Shown here: one piece after another, positions 28,515 to 36,418 of the stretch
How the letters are laid out: each line of letters begins with the position of its first letter
Numbering within the stretch: the stretch's first letter is position 1
Origin: Caulobacterales bacterium
Lineage (GTDB): Bacteria; Pseudomonadota; Alphaproteobacteria; Caulobacterales; Caulobacteraceae
Direction: 5' to 3'
DNA length: 64,000 nt
NCBI GenBank assembly: GCA_038213205.1
Contig: JBBQTP010000001.1
Span: 370-64,369, forward strand
Made by a program: the position numbers and the translations under genes
The notes under the pieces: generated by a model
Told to the model about the DNA's origin: nothing
Databases searched by the model: none
The model's input: the letters and a program-made list of their open reading frames with translations, nothing else

Positions 28515-29297
28515 CTAGCGGGCGTGAGCCAGGCTGGTCTGGGGTTCGAAATCCAAAGCGTCGGCGGCGGGTGGCCGGTCGAGGACCACGCGCGCGGCGG
28601 TGATCAGCGAGGACATCCGGAAGGGCTTGGCCAGCACCTCGTCGGCCCCCAGCTCGCTGGCCCATTCGAGGAAATTGGAACTGCGCCCATATTGGCCACC
28701 GCCGGAAATGGCGATGACCTTGGTGTCTGGCGTTGAGCGCCGGGCTTCCAGGATGGCGCCGATGCCTTCCATCTCCGGCATGACGATGTCGGTCACCATC
28801 AGGTCGGGCTTCAGCCGCTGCAGCATCTGGACGCCCATGCGACCGTTGCGGGCGCAGAACGTCTGGTAGCCCTCGCGGTTGAAGGCGGCGGCCAGCAGGG
28901 TTAGCAAGCCAGGATCGTCTTCGACCAGCAGCACGCGCAGGCCGTTCCCGTTGGCCGGGCGCGGCAGGGTCAGAGCCCCTTCGCCCGAGACCGGCTCGGC
29001 CTGGACCAGGTCGGCCTGAACCAGGTCGGCGGCCAGGCCCACCGCGCGGTCGGCGGCCAGCGCCCCGATGCGGGCGAGCTCGGCGTGCGTCGGGCTGTCT
29101 TTGAGGTTATCGGCCAGGGATTCACAGACACCGATAATGACGGCGAGCAGATCCTTGAGGTCGCGGGCCGGAGTCGTCTGCGGGCAGGCGTCAACGGCGG
29201 CCGGATCGAGGGCGTAGTGGGTCTTTGAAATTGGGAGATCGCTAAAACTTTGATGCATTTTTGGCATGGTTTCGCATGAGTTTTCGTTTGCGACCAC
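28515..29297 (-). CDS. His-less DHp-like domain fused to a receiver domain (no ATPase domain)
   Basis: 260 aa; the start is uncertain (GTG 29297, ATG 29267 or 29258). [50 protein letters not shown] aligns with the neighbouring kinase's AHDFNNLLTVVIGSNETLVDALADRPDLQSVANLGLDAAERGAELVSRLL, with His replaced by Arg. An intact receiver follows ([31 protein letters not shown]). Confidence 0.8.
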   Translation of the reverse strand: MVANENSCETMPKMHQSFSDLPISKTHYALDPAAVDACPQTTPARDLKDLLAVIIGVCESLADNLKDSPTHAELARIGALAADRAVGLAADLVQADLVQAEPVSGEGALTLPRPANGNGLRVLLVEDDPGLLTLLAAAFNREGYQTFCARNGRMGVQMLQRLKPDLMVTDIVMPEMEGIGAILEARRSTPDTKVIAISGGGQYGRSSNFLEWASELGADEVLAKPFRMSSLITAARVVLDRPPAADALDFEPQTSLAHAR

Positions 29298-29427
29298 CCG
29301 GTGGAAGAGCTATGGAGCTTGCGGTCCGCGGCTCAGCCCCGAGGGGGTGATTCGTCGTTTCGCCTATAGGGTTAACGGCGCTTGAGCTTGTTTCTGAGGG
29401 ACAGAAACTTGCTTCTTCGGGACAATC

Positions 29428-29435
29428 TTAACCAT
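29428..29435. promoter_or_regulatory. exact TTAACCAT octamer (CtrA half-site type) in the promoter region of the DHp-REC / CtrA-like operon
   Basis: caatcTTAACCATccgac, ~130 nt upstream of the 28515..29297 gene in a lower-GC intergenic stretch. Nearby are GTTAAC (29371) and the inverted repeat GTTTCTG-N5-CAGAAAC (29390..29408). Confidence 0.3.
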
Positions 29436-29806
29436 CCGACCAGACTGGCGATTATTTACGGTGTCAATGTTCGCCGAGCAGGTTCAGCGAGCCTCGATCG
29501 CGGCCTGAGGAGCGGCGCTGGACAGCCGGACATAGGCAGCCTCGATCGCGGCCCTCAGGACTGGATCGGTGGCCAAGTCGGCTGGAAAGGCTGCGTGTAG
29601 AGCCAGGACCGCGCTCAAACGGCGTCGGGCCAGCAGGGGCGCGATGTCTTGGCGCATCCGGGTCTCGATGAGCCCGCCAGCCGCGGATCGGCCGCTCGCT
29701 GGGGCAAGCCAGACCACTCGGCCGGCATCGCGGCGTTTCTGGCCAACTGGGCCTCCGCTCAAATGCGCGGCGCGATCGTACCTGTAGATGGCTGCTGGCT
29801 GGCCCG

Positions 29807-31381
29807 CTAGGCGCGGCCGAGGATCGGCGGTAGCCGTTTCGCCGACATTGGGTCTGCGGCCTCGTAGGCGGCGGCGAGCTTCAGGCAGGCCATCTCCTGG
29901 TGCACCGGGGCGATGATCTGAAAGCCCATGGGCAGGCCGGTGGGGCCCAGGCCCGCAGGGACCGCAAGCGCCGGGCAGCCGGCCATGGTGATCAGGCAGA
30001 CCGCTTTCATCCACTCGTGGTAGGTCGCCATCTTGCGGCCGGCTATTTCGGCGGGCCAATGGAGCTCGGCATCGAACGGGAAGAGCTGGGCGGTGGGTAC
30101 GATCAGGTAGTCGTAGTGGCCGAAGAACTTGCCGACCGCCTGGCTCCATTCGGTGCGGACGGTGGAGTCCGCGGTGATGTCGAAGGCCGATTGCCTGGCG
30201 CCCAGCTCGACCTCCCAGACGGCTTCCGGCTTCAGCAAGGCACGGCGCGCGGGGTCTCTGTAAAAGTCCCGGATCGCGCCGCCCTGCTGCCAGCCGCGCA
30301 GGCGCATGAAGGATTGCCAGACCTTCTCCAACGGATAGTCCGGCATCGCTTCCTCGACGACGCAGCCCAGGCTCTCGAAGGTCCTCAGGGCCTTCCGACA
30401 GGTTTCCAGCACGCCGGGTTCGTAGGGCGCGTAGCCCTTGAAGTCGCCGGCCCAGGCAATGCGTTTGCCCTTCATGCTTGCCGCCAAGGCCCCACGGAAC
30501 TGCGCGCCGCCGCTCTCCATCGACAGCGGGGCGCGCGGGTCGTAGCCGGCCTGGATCGAGAGCAACAGAGCGAGATCGGCGACGTTGCGCGCCATCGGTC
30601 CGGTGACGCCCATCGAGGGGAGCCAGTCCTCCTTGCCGTGCACCGGCACGCGGCCGGCGCTGGTGCGGAAGCCCATGACATTGTTCCAGCCCGCCGGGTT
30701 GCGCAGGCTGCCGCCGTAGTCGCTGCCGTCGGCCAGGGGCAGCATGCGGAGCGCCAGCGACACCGCTGCCCCGCCGCTGCTGCCGCCGGCCGATTTCGTC
30801 GGGTCATAGGCGTTGCGGGTGAGGCCATAGACCGGGTTGTAGGTATGCGAGCCGATGCCGAACTCCGGGGTGTTGGTCTTGCCGATGAAGATGACGCCCG
30901 CGCCACGCAAGCGCTCGACCATGATGCTGTCGAAGGTGGGCACGAAGTCGCGGTAGATCGGCGAGCCCTGGGTGGAGCGGATGCCCTTCACCGGCTGCAG
31001 GTCCTTGCACGCGTGCGGCATGCCGTGCAGCAGGCCGACAGCCTCGCCGCGGGCCAACGTCGCGTCGCGGTCCTTCGCCTGGGCGATCAAGCCGGCGCGG
31101 TCCTGCAGGGCGACGATGGCGTTGAACGCCGGGTTCACCGCGTCGATGTGGTCGAGATAGGCGGTTATCACCTCGACGCTGGAGATCTTCCGCGTGCGGA
31201 TCGCCGTGGCCAGCGGGCCGGCATCCATCATCACGATGTCAGAAGGGTGCGGAGCCGCCGCGCTGGTCTTAGCCATGGAGGTTACCGCCGCTCCCACGAT
31301 TGCACCTGAGGCCGAGCGCAGGACGGATCGGCGATCCAGCCCGCGGGACACCGCCTGCGCATCATCGTCGCCCATGTCCAT
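29807..31381 (-). CDS. amidase-signature family amidase with Tat-type signal peptide
   Basis: 524 aa. DRRSVLRSASGAIVGAAVTSMAKTSAAA is a twin-Arg leader. AS motif GGSSGGAAVSLA, plus KDL..VKG..T.GS. Confidence 0.85.
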   Translation of the reverse strand: MDMGDDDAQAVSRGLDRRSVLRSASGAIVGAAVTSMAKTSAAAPHPSDIVMMDAGPLATAIRTRKISSVEVITAYLDHIDAVNPAFNAIVALQDRAGLIAQAKDRDATLARGEAVGLLHGMPHACKDLQPVKGIRSTQGSPIYRDFVPTFDSIMVERLRGAGVIFIGKTNTPEFGIGSHTYNPVYGLTRNAYDPTKSAGGSSGGAAVSLALRMLPLADGSDYGGSLRNPAGWNNVMGFRTSAGRVPVHGKEDWLPSMGVTGPMARNVADLALLLSIQAGYDPRAPLSMESGGAQFRGALAASMKGKRIAWAGDFKGYAPYEPGVLETCRKALRTFESLGCVVEEAMPDYPLEKVWQSFMRLRGWQQGGAIRDFYRDPARRALLKPEAVWEVELGARQSAFDITADSTVRTEWSQAVGKFFGHYDYLIVPTAQLFPFDAELHWPAEIAGRKMATYHEWMKAVCLITMAGCPALAVPAGLGPTGLPMGFQIIAPVHQEMACLKLAAAYEAADPMSAKRLPPILGRA

Positions 31382-31444
31382 CTCCCCACCCAGTGGTCAC
31401 GCTACACCGTGATGCGCGCCGAGCGAACGGCTTGTCGCGCGGGA

Positions 31445-32164
31445 CTAGAACGGCTTGGCGCAGGCGACGCCAGCCGCCACGCCGATCTCGCCCATCGGCG
31501 CCACATCGCCGCCCGCGCGGGCGCGGCAGCCGTTGTGCGGTCGACGCTCCAGAATGGCCTGCGGGTCCTTGCCGAAGGCGCCGCTCAGGTCGAGGTTCAG
31601 CCGGCCCGCCAGGCGGCCGAGGCCGGCGACCTGGCGCCTGGCCAGTCGTTGCTCGCAAACCTCCTGCTGTTCGCGCGACAGATGCATGAGCGCGCTCGGC
31701 ACGCAGCCCACGAGACCGCGCAGAGTGGCCTGGACGTCGCCCGCCGCGCGGCCCGGCAGGCGCGACGGCGCGACCTCGTCGGGCGAGGGTGTAGGGCCGA
31801 CGGCGATCTCCCGCCGCAGCGTCGCGGTTTTCGCCTCCACGCCCCGACGACGGCTCAGTTTGTCGCGCGGCGGCGGCTTGGCGGCGGGGAGACGGGCCAG
31901 CACAACGTTCATCACCGGAGGCGGCGCGTAGGATGGCGCGGAGCCGAGGTGCGAGACCAGGGCGAGGAAGAAGCCTGCGTGGGCGAGCACGGACACCGCG
32001 ATGGCGGCCTGCCGCCAAGCGGCACTGCCTCCGCGTCTGCTCGCCGATGCCGCCACAGGTCCCGCCCCTGGCTGCTGCAAAGCTCGACTGTCGTGCGCGG
32101 GCGGTGGCGGAATGAAGACCGGCGTAGGGCCGCCAATCGACTTTTCAGGGCGATGGGGCCACAC
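31445..32164 (-). CDS. hypothetical membrane-anchored Pro-rich protein
   Basis: High GC3 in this frame. One TM (AAIAVSVLAHAGFFLALVSHL) is followed by a Pro-rich linker (TonB-like N-terminal organisation). The start is uncertain. Confidence 0.4.
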   Translation of the reverse strand: MWPHRPEKSIGGPTPVFIPPPPAHDSRALQQPGAGPVAASASRRGGSAAWRQAAIAVSVLAHAGFFLALVSHLGSAPSYAPPPVMNVVLARLPAAKPPPRDKLSRRRGVEAKTATLRREIAVGPTPSPDEVAPSRLPGRAAGDVQATLRGLVGCVPSALMHLSREQQEVCEQRLARRQVAGLGRLAGRLNLDLSGAFGKDPQAILERRPHNGCRARAGGDVAPMGEIGVAAGVACAKPF

Positions 32165-32193
32165 TGCGCACGGATCCGCCGACCGACCTTGCC

Positions 32194-32790
32194 ATGTCCG
32201 ACACCGACGCCGACCTCGTCCGCAGCCACAGCGACGGCTTCGCCGCCCAGTTCGCGCGAGGCGGTGACGGCTTCCTCTATCGCCGCAGCCAGAAGGGTCC
32301 GGCCATTGAGGTGAGCGTCGAGGAGCGCAACGCCTTCGTGGTCGCCTTCGATCGCTGGATGGACATCCAGATGCTGGTGGTGCTGGGCGCCGGAATTGTA
32401 GCCGTGGTGTTGGCCTATGCCGTGTTCCCGGCTCTGGCCTATCCGATGGCCGCGATCACCATCGGCGTGGGCGTTATCCTGGCGGCCGTGTTGATCTGCC
32501 TGAAGCTGGCCTGGGACGCGCCGGCGAAGGCGCTTGCGGGGCGCCCGGTCATCGCGCCGGCGCTGTCGCGCGCCGAGTCGCATCGAGTTGATGTGGCGAC
32601 ATCGAGTTGGAGTCAGATCTCGCTGCAGGCCGCGACGTCGAGCCTCTTCCTCATCCACTTCGCCAGCCATCCGACGGCCGAACCGTGGGCCCTGTCGTGG
32701 CTCGCCGTGGGCCTTCTGGGCTTCAGCTTCGCAGCGCTGCGCGCCTGCTGGAAGCTTCGCGTCGGAAAGACCCGGACCCAGATCGTTTGA
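32194..32790 (+). CDS. hypothetical integral membrane protein
   Basis: 198 aa with high GC3 and about 4 predicted TM helices. No family recognised. Confidence 0.5.
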   Translation: MSDTDADLVRSHSDGFAAQFARGGDGFLYRRSQKGPAIEVSVEERNAFVVAFDRWMDIQMLVVLGAGIVAVVLAYAVFPALAYPMAAITIGVGVILAAVLICLKLAWDAPAKALAGRPVIAPALSRAESHRVDVATSSWSQISLQAATSSLFLIHFASHPTAEPWALSWLAVGLLGFSFAALRACWKLRVGKTRTQIV

Positions 32791-32945
32791 ACCTTTCCGG
32801 AGCCGGGCGGCATCCATAGCCAAGTGCAAGGGTCGTGACCGATTTGGCGGCGCGGGCGCCCGGGGAACCGCACGCGCCCGGCTGGTCCAGTCGCGGGTCC
32901 CGAAAGCCTTCACGGCCTGAATTTCTGCGAGGAGTTTTTCCAGAC

Positions 32946-34133
32946 ATGTCGACTTCAACCGGCGTCGGTGCGAACGCACCCGCGCGTTCGTCTTCCTATG
33001 CCCGCCTGCTGGTCCAAGTGACCGGCGTCGCGGCCTTGGCCGTCGTGGCCGCCGCCACGGCCCTGCCGCGCGCCGCTCACGCCCAGGCCGCCGGGCCGGG
33101 CGCGATCGCCTCGGGCGCCAACGCCAACGCCACCGGGACCAACGCCCAGGCCACTGGAGACGCCAGCAGCGCCGAGGGTCCGAACAGCATGGCCAGCGGC
33201 CTGCAGTCGACCGCCGTCGGCTTCACCTCGCTCGCCAATGGCAGCCAGTCGAGCGCGCTTGGCGGCCGCAGCAAGGCGGGCGGCAACTTCGCCACTGCCG
33301 TGGGCTGGGCCGACAACGCCAGCGGCCTCGACTCCCTTGCCGGCGGCAACAGGTCGGTGGCCAGCGGCCTCTCGACCGTGGCGCTCGGCGACGTGGCCCA
33401 GGCTACCGGCGACTCCAGCACGGCGGTCGGCGTGAACAGCGTCGCGTCGGGCGTGCAATCCACCGCGCTTGGCTTCAACAGCCTGGCAGACGGCGGCACG
33501 TCGACGGCGCTCGGCGGGCGCAGCCACGCGGCCGGCGGCTTCTCCACCGCGGTGGGCTGGGCCAACAACGCCAGCGGGCTTAACGCCTTCGCCGGCGGTA
33601 ACAGGTCCGTCGCCAGCGGCCTGTCCTCCGTAGCCCTGGGCGACCTGGCCCAGGCGAGCGGCGACCTGTCGACCGCGATCGGCGCCCAGGCCAAGGCCAC
33701 CGGCGCGAACTCCGTCGCGCTGGGCTCCGGCTCGGTGGCCACCGACGCCAACACCGTCTCGGTGGGCTCCGCGGCGCAGCAACGCCGGATCAGCAATGTC
33801 GCCGACGGCACGGCCACCACCGACGCGGCGACCTTCGGCCAGCTCAGCGCGGTCAGCGGCCGCGTCGACGCCCTCGACAACCGGCTAAGCAGCATCTCCA
33901 GCCGAGCCACCGCCGGGGCGGCCGCGGCCCTGGCGGTGGCCGGCCTCCCGCAGGCGTTCCGGCCGGGCAAGGGCCTGGTCGGCATCGCCGTCGGAACCTG
34001 GCAAAGCGAAACGGCCTTCGCGATCGGGGCCTCCAAGGTGTTCGACAACGGACACACGGTGTTCAAGGCCGGGGCGACCTTCGACGGTCGCGGCTCGGGC
34101 GGCGCAAACGCCGGTATCGGGTGGCAGTTTTGA
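32946..34133 (+). CDS. trimeric autotransporter adhesin (YadA-like head repeats, neck and C-terminal anchor)
   Basis: Start MSTSTGVGANAPARSS with an extended signal region. Repeated SxAxGxxSxAxG head motifs, ANTVSVGSAAQQRRISNVADGTATTDAATFGQL (neck/stalk), and the anchor ALAVAGLPQAF..GKGLVGIAVGTWQSETAFAIGAS...GAGIGWQF. Confidence 0.85.
   Translation: MSTSTGVGANAPARSSSYARLLVQVTGVAALAVVAAATALPRAAHAQAAGPGAIASGANANATGTNAQATGDASSAEGPNSMASGLQSTAVGFTSLANGSQSSALGGRSKAGGNFATAVGWADNASGLDSLAGGNRSVASGLSTVALGDVAQATGDSSTAVGVNSVASGVQSTALGFNSLADGGTSTALGGRSHAAGGFSTAVGWANNASGLNAFAGGNRSVASGLSSVALGDLAQASGDLSTAIGAQAKATGANSVALGSGSVATDANTVSVGSAAQQRRISNVADGTATTDAATFGQLSAVSGRVDALDNRLSSISSRATAGAAAALAVAGLPQAFRPGKGLVGIAVGTWQSETAFAIGASKVFDNGHTVFKAGATFDGRGSGGANAGIGWQF
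33156..33659 (+). repeat. two tandem 252-bp (84-aa) coding repeats inside the adhesin head
   Basis: GDASSAEGPNSMASGLQSTAVGFTSLANGSQSSALGGRSKAGGNFATAVGWADNASGL... is repeated as GDSSTAVGVNSVASGVQSTALGFNSLADGGTSTALGGRSHAAGGFSTAVGWANNASGL.... Repeat starts are at 33156 and 33408, and a third partial copy starts at 33660. Confidence 0.8.
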
Positions 34134-34165
34134 TGGCCCTCTGACTGCCTTCTGATCACGGCTGA

Positions 34166-34206
34166 GGGTGCGGGCCGTTCCCCACGGTCCGCACCCGTTT
34201 TCTTTT
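34166..34206 (+). terminator. intrinsic terminator after the adhesin gene
   Basis: GGGTGCGGGCCG-TTCCCCA-CGGTCCGCACCC (12-bp stem with one G-U pair) followed by GTTTTCTTTT. Confidence 0.65.
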
Positions 34207-34352
34207 GTGCCCGCCTGAACGAACGGGACCTTCTCGAACACGCGGCGTTCCGTACCACGCCGGTCGTCGGCCAGGCGGGCCGCCGCGCCTTTTCGTTTCC
34301 GGCTTTGCGCGGCGCGACCCTAAGCTGGTTGAGACGCGGCGCGGGGTGGTCG

Positions 34353-35837
34353 ATGGCCGATGTGATCGTTGTGGGCGCAGGCAACGCGGCCTTCGCGGCG
34401 GCCGTCGCCGCTCGGGAGCAGGGCGTCAGCGTCACCATGCTTGAGCGCGCGCCGCAGGACCAGGCCGGGGGCAACACCCGCTTCACCGCCGGGGCCATGC
34501 GGTTTGCCTATGACGGCGCCGACGATTTGCGCCGGCTGATGCCGGACCTCACCGACGAGGAGGCGGCCGACACCGATTTCGGGGCCTATCCGCAGAGCCA
34601 GTTCTTCGAGGACATGGGCCGGGTCACCGAGTACCGCACCGATCCGGATCTCTGCGAGCGGCTGGTCACCGGCAGCCAGCCGACCCTGCTGTGGATGCAG
34701 GGGTTGGGCCACCGCTTCATGCCGATCTGGGGGCGGCAGGCGTTCAAGGTCGACGGGAAGTTCAAGTTCTGGGGTGGGCTGACAGTCGAGGCCTATGGCG
34801 GCGGACCGGGGCTGGTGGAGGCCTGGACGCAGGCCGCCGCGCGGATGGGGATCGAGGTGCTCTATGGCGCTCGCGCGGTCTCGCTGATCGCCGACGACGC
34901 TGGCGTCCACGGGGTGCGGGTGAAGCAGGCCGGCGTGACCTTCGACCTGGCGGCGGGCGCGGTGATCCTGGCGGCCGGCGGCTTCCAGGCCAACACCGAA
35001 TGGCGCACGCGCTACCTCGGGCCCGGCTGGGATCTGGCGAAGGTGCGCGGCTCGCGGTTCAACACCGGCGACGGGTTGCGCATGGCGCTGGACATCGGGG
35101 CCATGCCGACCGGCCAGTGGTCGGGCAGCCACGCGGTGCAGTGGGAGAGGAACGCGCCGGAGTTCGGCGACCTCGCGGTCGGCGACGGCTTCCAGAAGCA
35201 CAGCTATCCGTTCGGCATACTGATCAATGCAAGGGGCGAGCGGTTCCTCGACGAGGGCGCCGACTTCCGCAATTACACCTACGCCAAGTACGGCCGCGAG
35301 GTGCTGAAGCAACCGCGCCAGTTCGCCTGGCAGGTGTTCGACGCCAAGATCCGCCACCTGCTGCGCGACGAATATCGCATCCGCCAGGTGACCAAGGTCA
35401 GCGCCGACACCCTGGACGAGCTGGCGGCGAAGCTGGACGACGTGGACGCTGCCCAGGCGCTGGAGACGTTCCGCGCGTTCAACGCCGCGGTGCGCACCGA
35501 CGTGGCCTTCGATCCCAACGTGAAGGACGGCCGTGGCACGGACGGCCTGGCGATCCCGAAATCCAACTGGGCCAACCCGCTCGATACGCCGCCCTATGAA
35601 GCCTACGCGGTGACCTGCGGCATCACCTTCACCTTCGGGGGTGTGCGGATCGATGGGGACGGCGCGGTGCTGGACGTGGACCTCAACCCGATCGCCGGGC
35701 TCTATGCGGCGGGCGAGATGGTCGGTGGGCTGTTCTACGAGAACTATCCGGGCGGCACGGGGCTGATGGCCGGCGCGGTGTTCGGACGCCTGGCCGGCAC
35801 GTCCGCCGGGCTTGGCGCAGGAAAGGGCGTGATTTGA
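34353..35837 (+). CDS. FAD-dependent oxidoreductase (FAD_binding_2; TcuA / KstD / fumarate-reductase flavoprotein-like)
   Basis: Start MADVIVVGAGNAAFAAAVAAREQGVSVTMLERAP (Rossmann GxGxxA). C-terminal GLYAAGEMVGGLF. The exact substrate cannot be called. Confidence 0.7.
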   Translation: MADVIVVGAGNAAFAAAVAAREQGVSVTMLERAPQDQAGGNTRFTAGAMRFAYDGADDLRRLMPDLTDEEAADTDFGAYPQSQFFEDMGRVTEYRTDPDLCERLVTGSQPTLLWMQGLGHRFMPIWGRQAFKVDGKFKFWGGLTVEAYGGGPGLVEAWTQAAARMGIEVLYGARAVSLIADDAGVHGVRVKQAGVTFDLAAGAVILAAGGFQANTEWRTRYLGPGWDLAKVRGSRFNTGDGLRMALDIGAMPTGQWSGSHAVQWERNAPEFGDLAVGDGFQKHSYPFGILINARGERFLDEGADFRNYTYAKYGREVLKQPRQFAWQVFDAKIRHLLRDEYRIRQVTKVSADTLDELAAKLDDVDAAQALETFRAFNAAVRTDVAFDPNVKDGRGTDGLAIPKSNWANPLDTPPYEAYAVTCGITFTFGGVRIDGDGAVLDVDLNPIAGLYAAGEMVGGLFYENYPGGTGLMAGAVFGRLAGTSAGLGAGKGVI

Positions 35838-36415
35838 TGGGCAAGGAGCGGCTGACCGCCTTCACCGATGGAGTGGTGGCGATCATCATCACCATCATGG
35901 TGCTGGAGCTGAAGGTCCCGGGCGGGACGTCGTTCGGTGACCTTGCCCCGATGGCGCCGGTGTTCGCCAGCTATGTGCTGAGCTTCGTCTACGTCGGCAT
36001 CTACTGGAACAACCACCACCACATGCTGCAGGCGGTGCGGACGATCACCGGGCCGATCCTGTGGGCCAATATGCACCTGCTGTTCTGGCTGTCGGTGGTG
36101 CCGTTCGCGACCGCCTGGATGGGTGAGAACCACCTCGCACCGCTGCCGGTGGCGCTCTACGGCGTGGTGCTGATCATGAACGCCACAGCCTACACCATCC
36201 TGATGCTGATGCTGATCCGGCACGAGGGGCCGGACTCGGCGCTGGCCAGGGCCATCGGCCGCGACTGGAAGGGGCGGATCTCCTGGATCGCCTACGCGGT
36301 GGCGATCGGCCTGGCTTTCGTCCAACCGCTCGCGGCCAAGGCGATCTACCTGCTGGTGGCCATAGCCTGGTTCATCCCGGACCCGCGGGTCGAACGCACG
36401 CTGAAGGAGTCCTGA
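35837..36415 (+). CDS. TMEM175/DUF1211-family membrane protein (putative K+ channel)
   Basis: MGKERLTAFTDGVVAIIITIMVLELKVP matches the RxxxFSDGV..I.ITLLVLE signature. It has 6 TMs. Its start overlaps the preceding stop (TGATG). Confidence 0.75.
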   Translation: MGKERLTAFTDGVVAIIITIMVLELKVPGGTSFGDLAPMAPVFASYVLSFVYVGIYWNNHHHMLQAVRTITGPILWANMHLLFWLSVVPFATAWMGENHLAPLPVALYGVVLIMNATAYTILMLMLIRHEGPDSALARAIGRDWKGRISWIAYAVAIGLAFVQPLAAKAIYLLVAIAWFIPDPRVERTLKES

Positions 36416-36418
36416 CGC

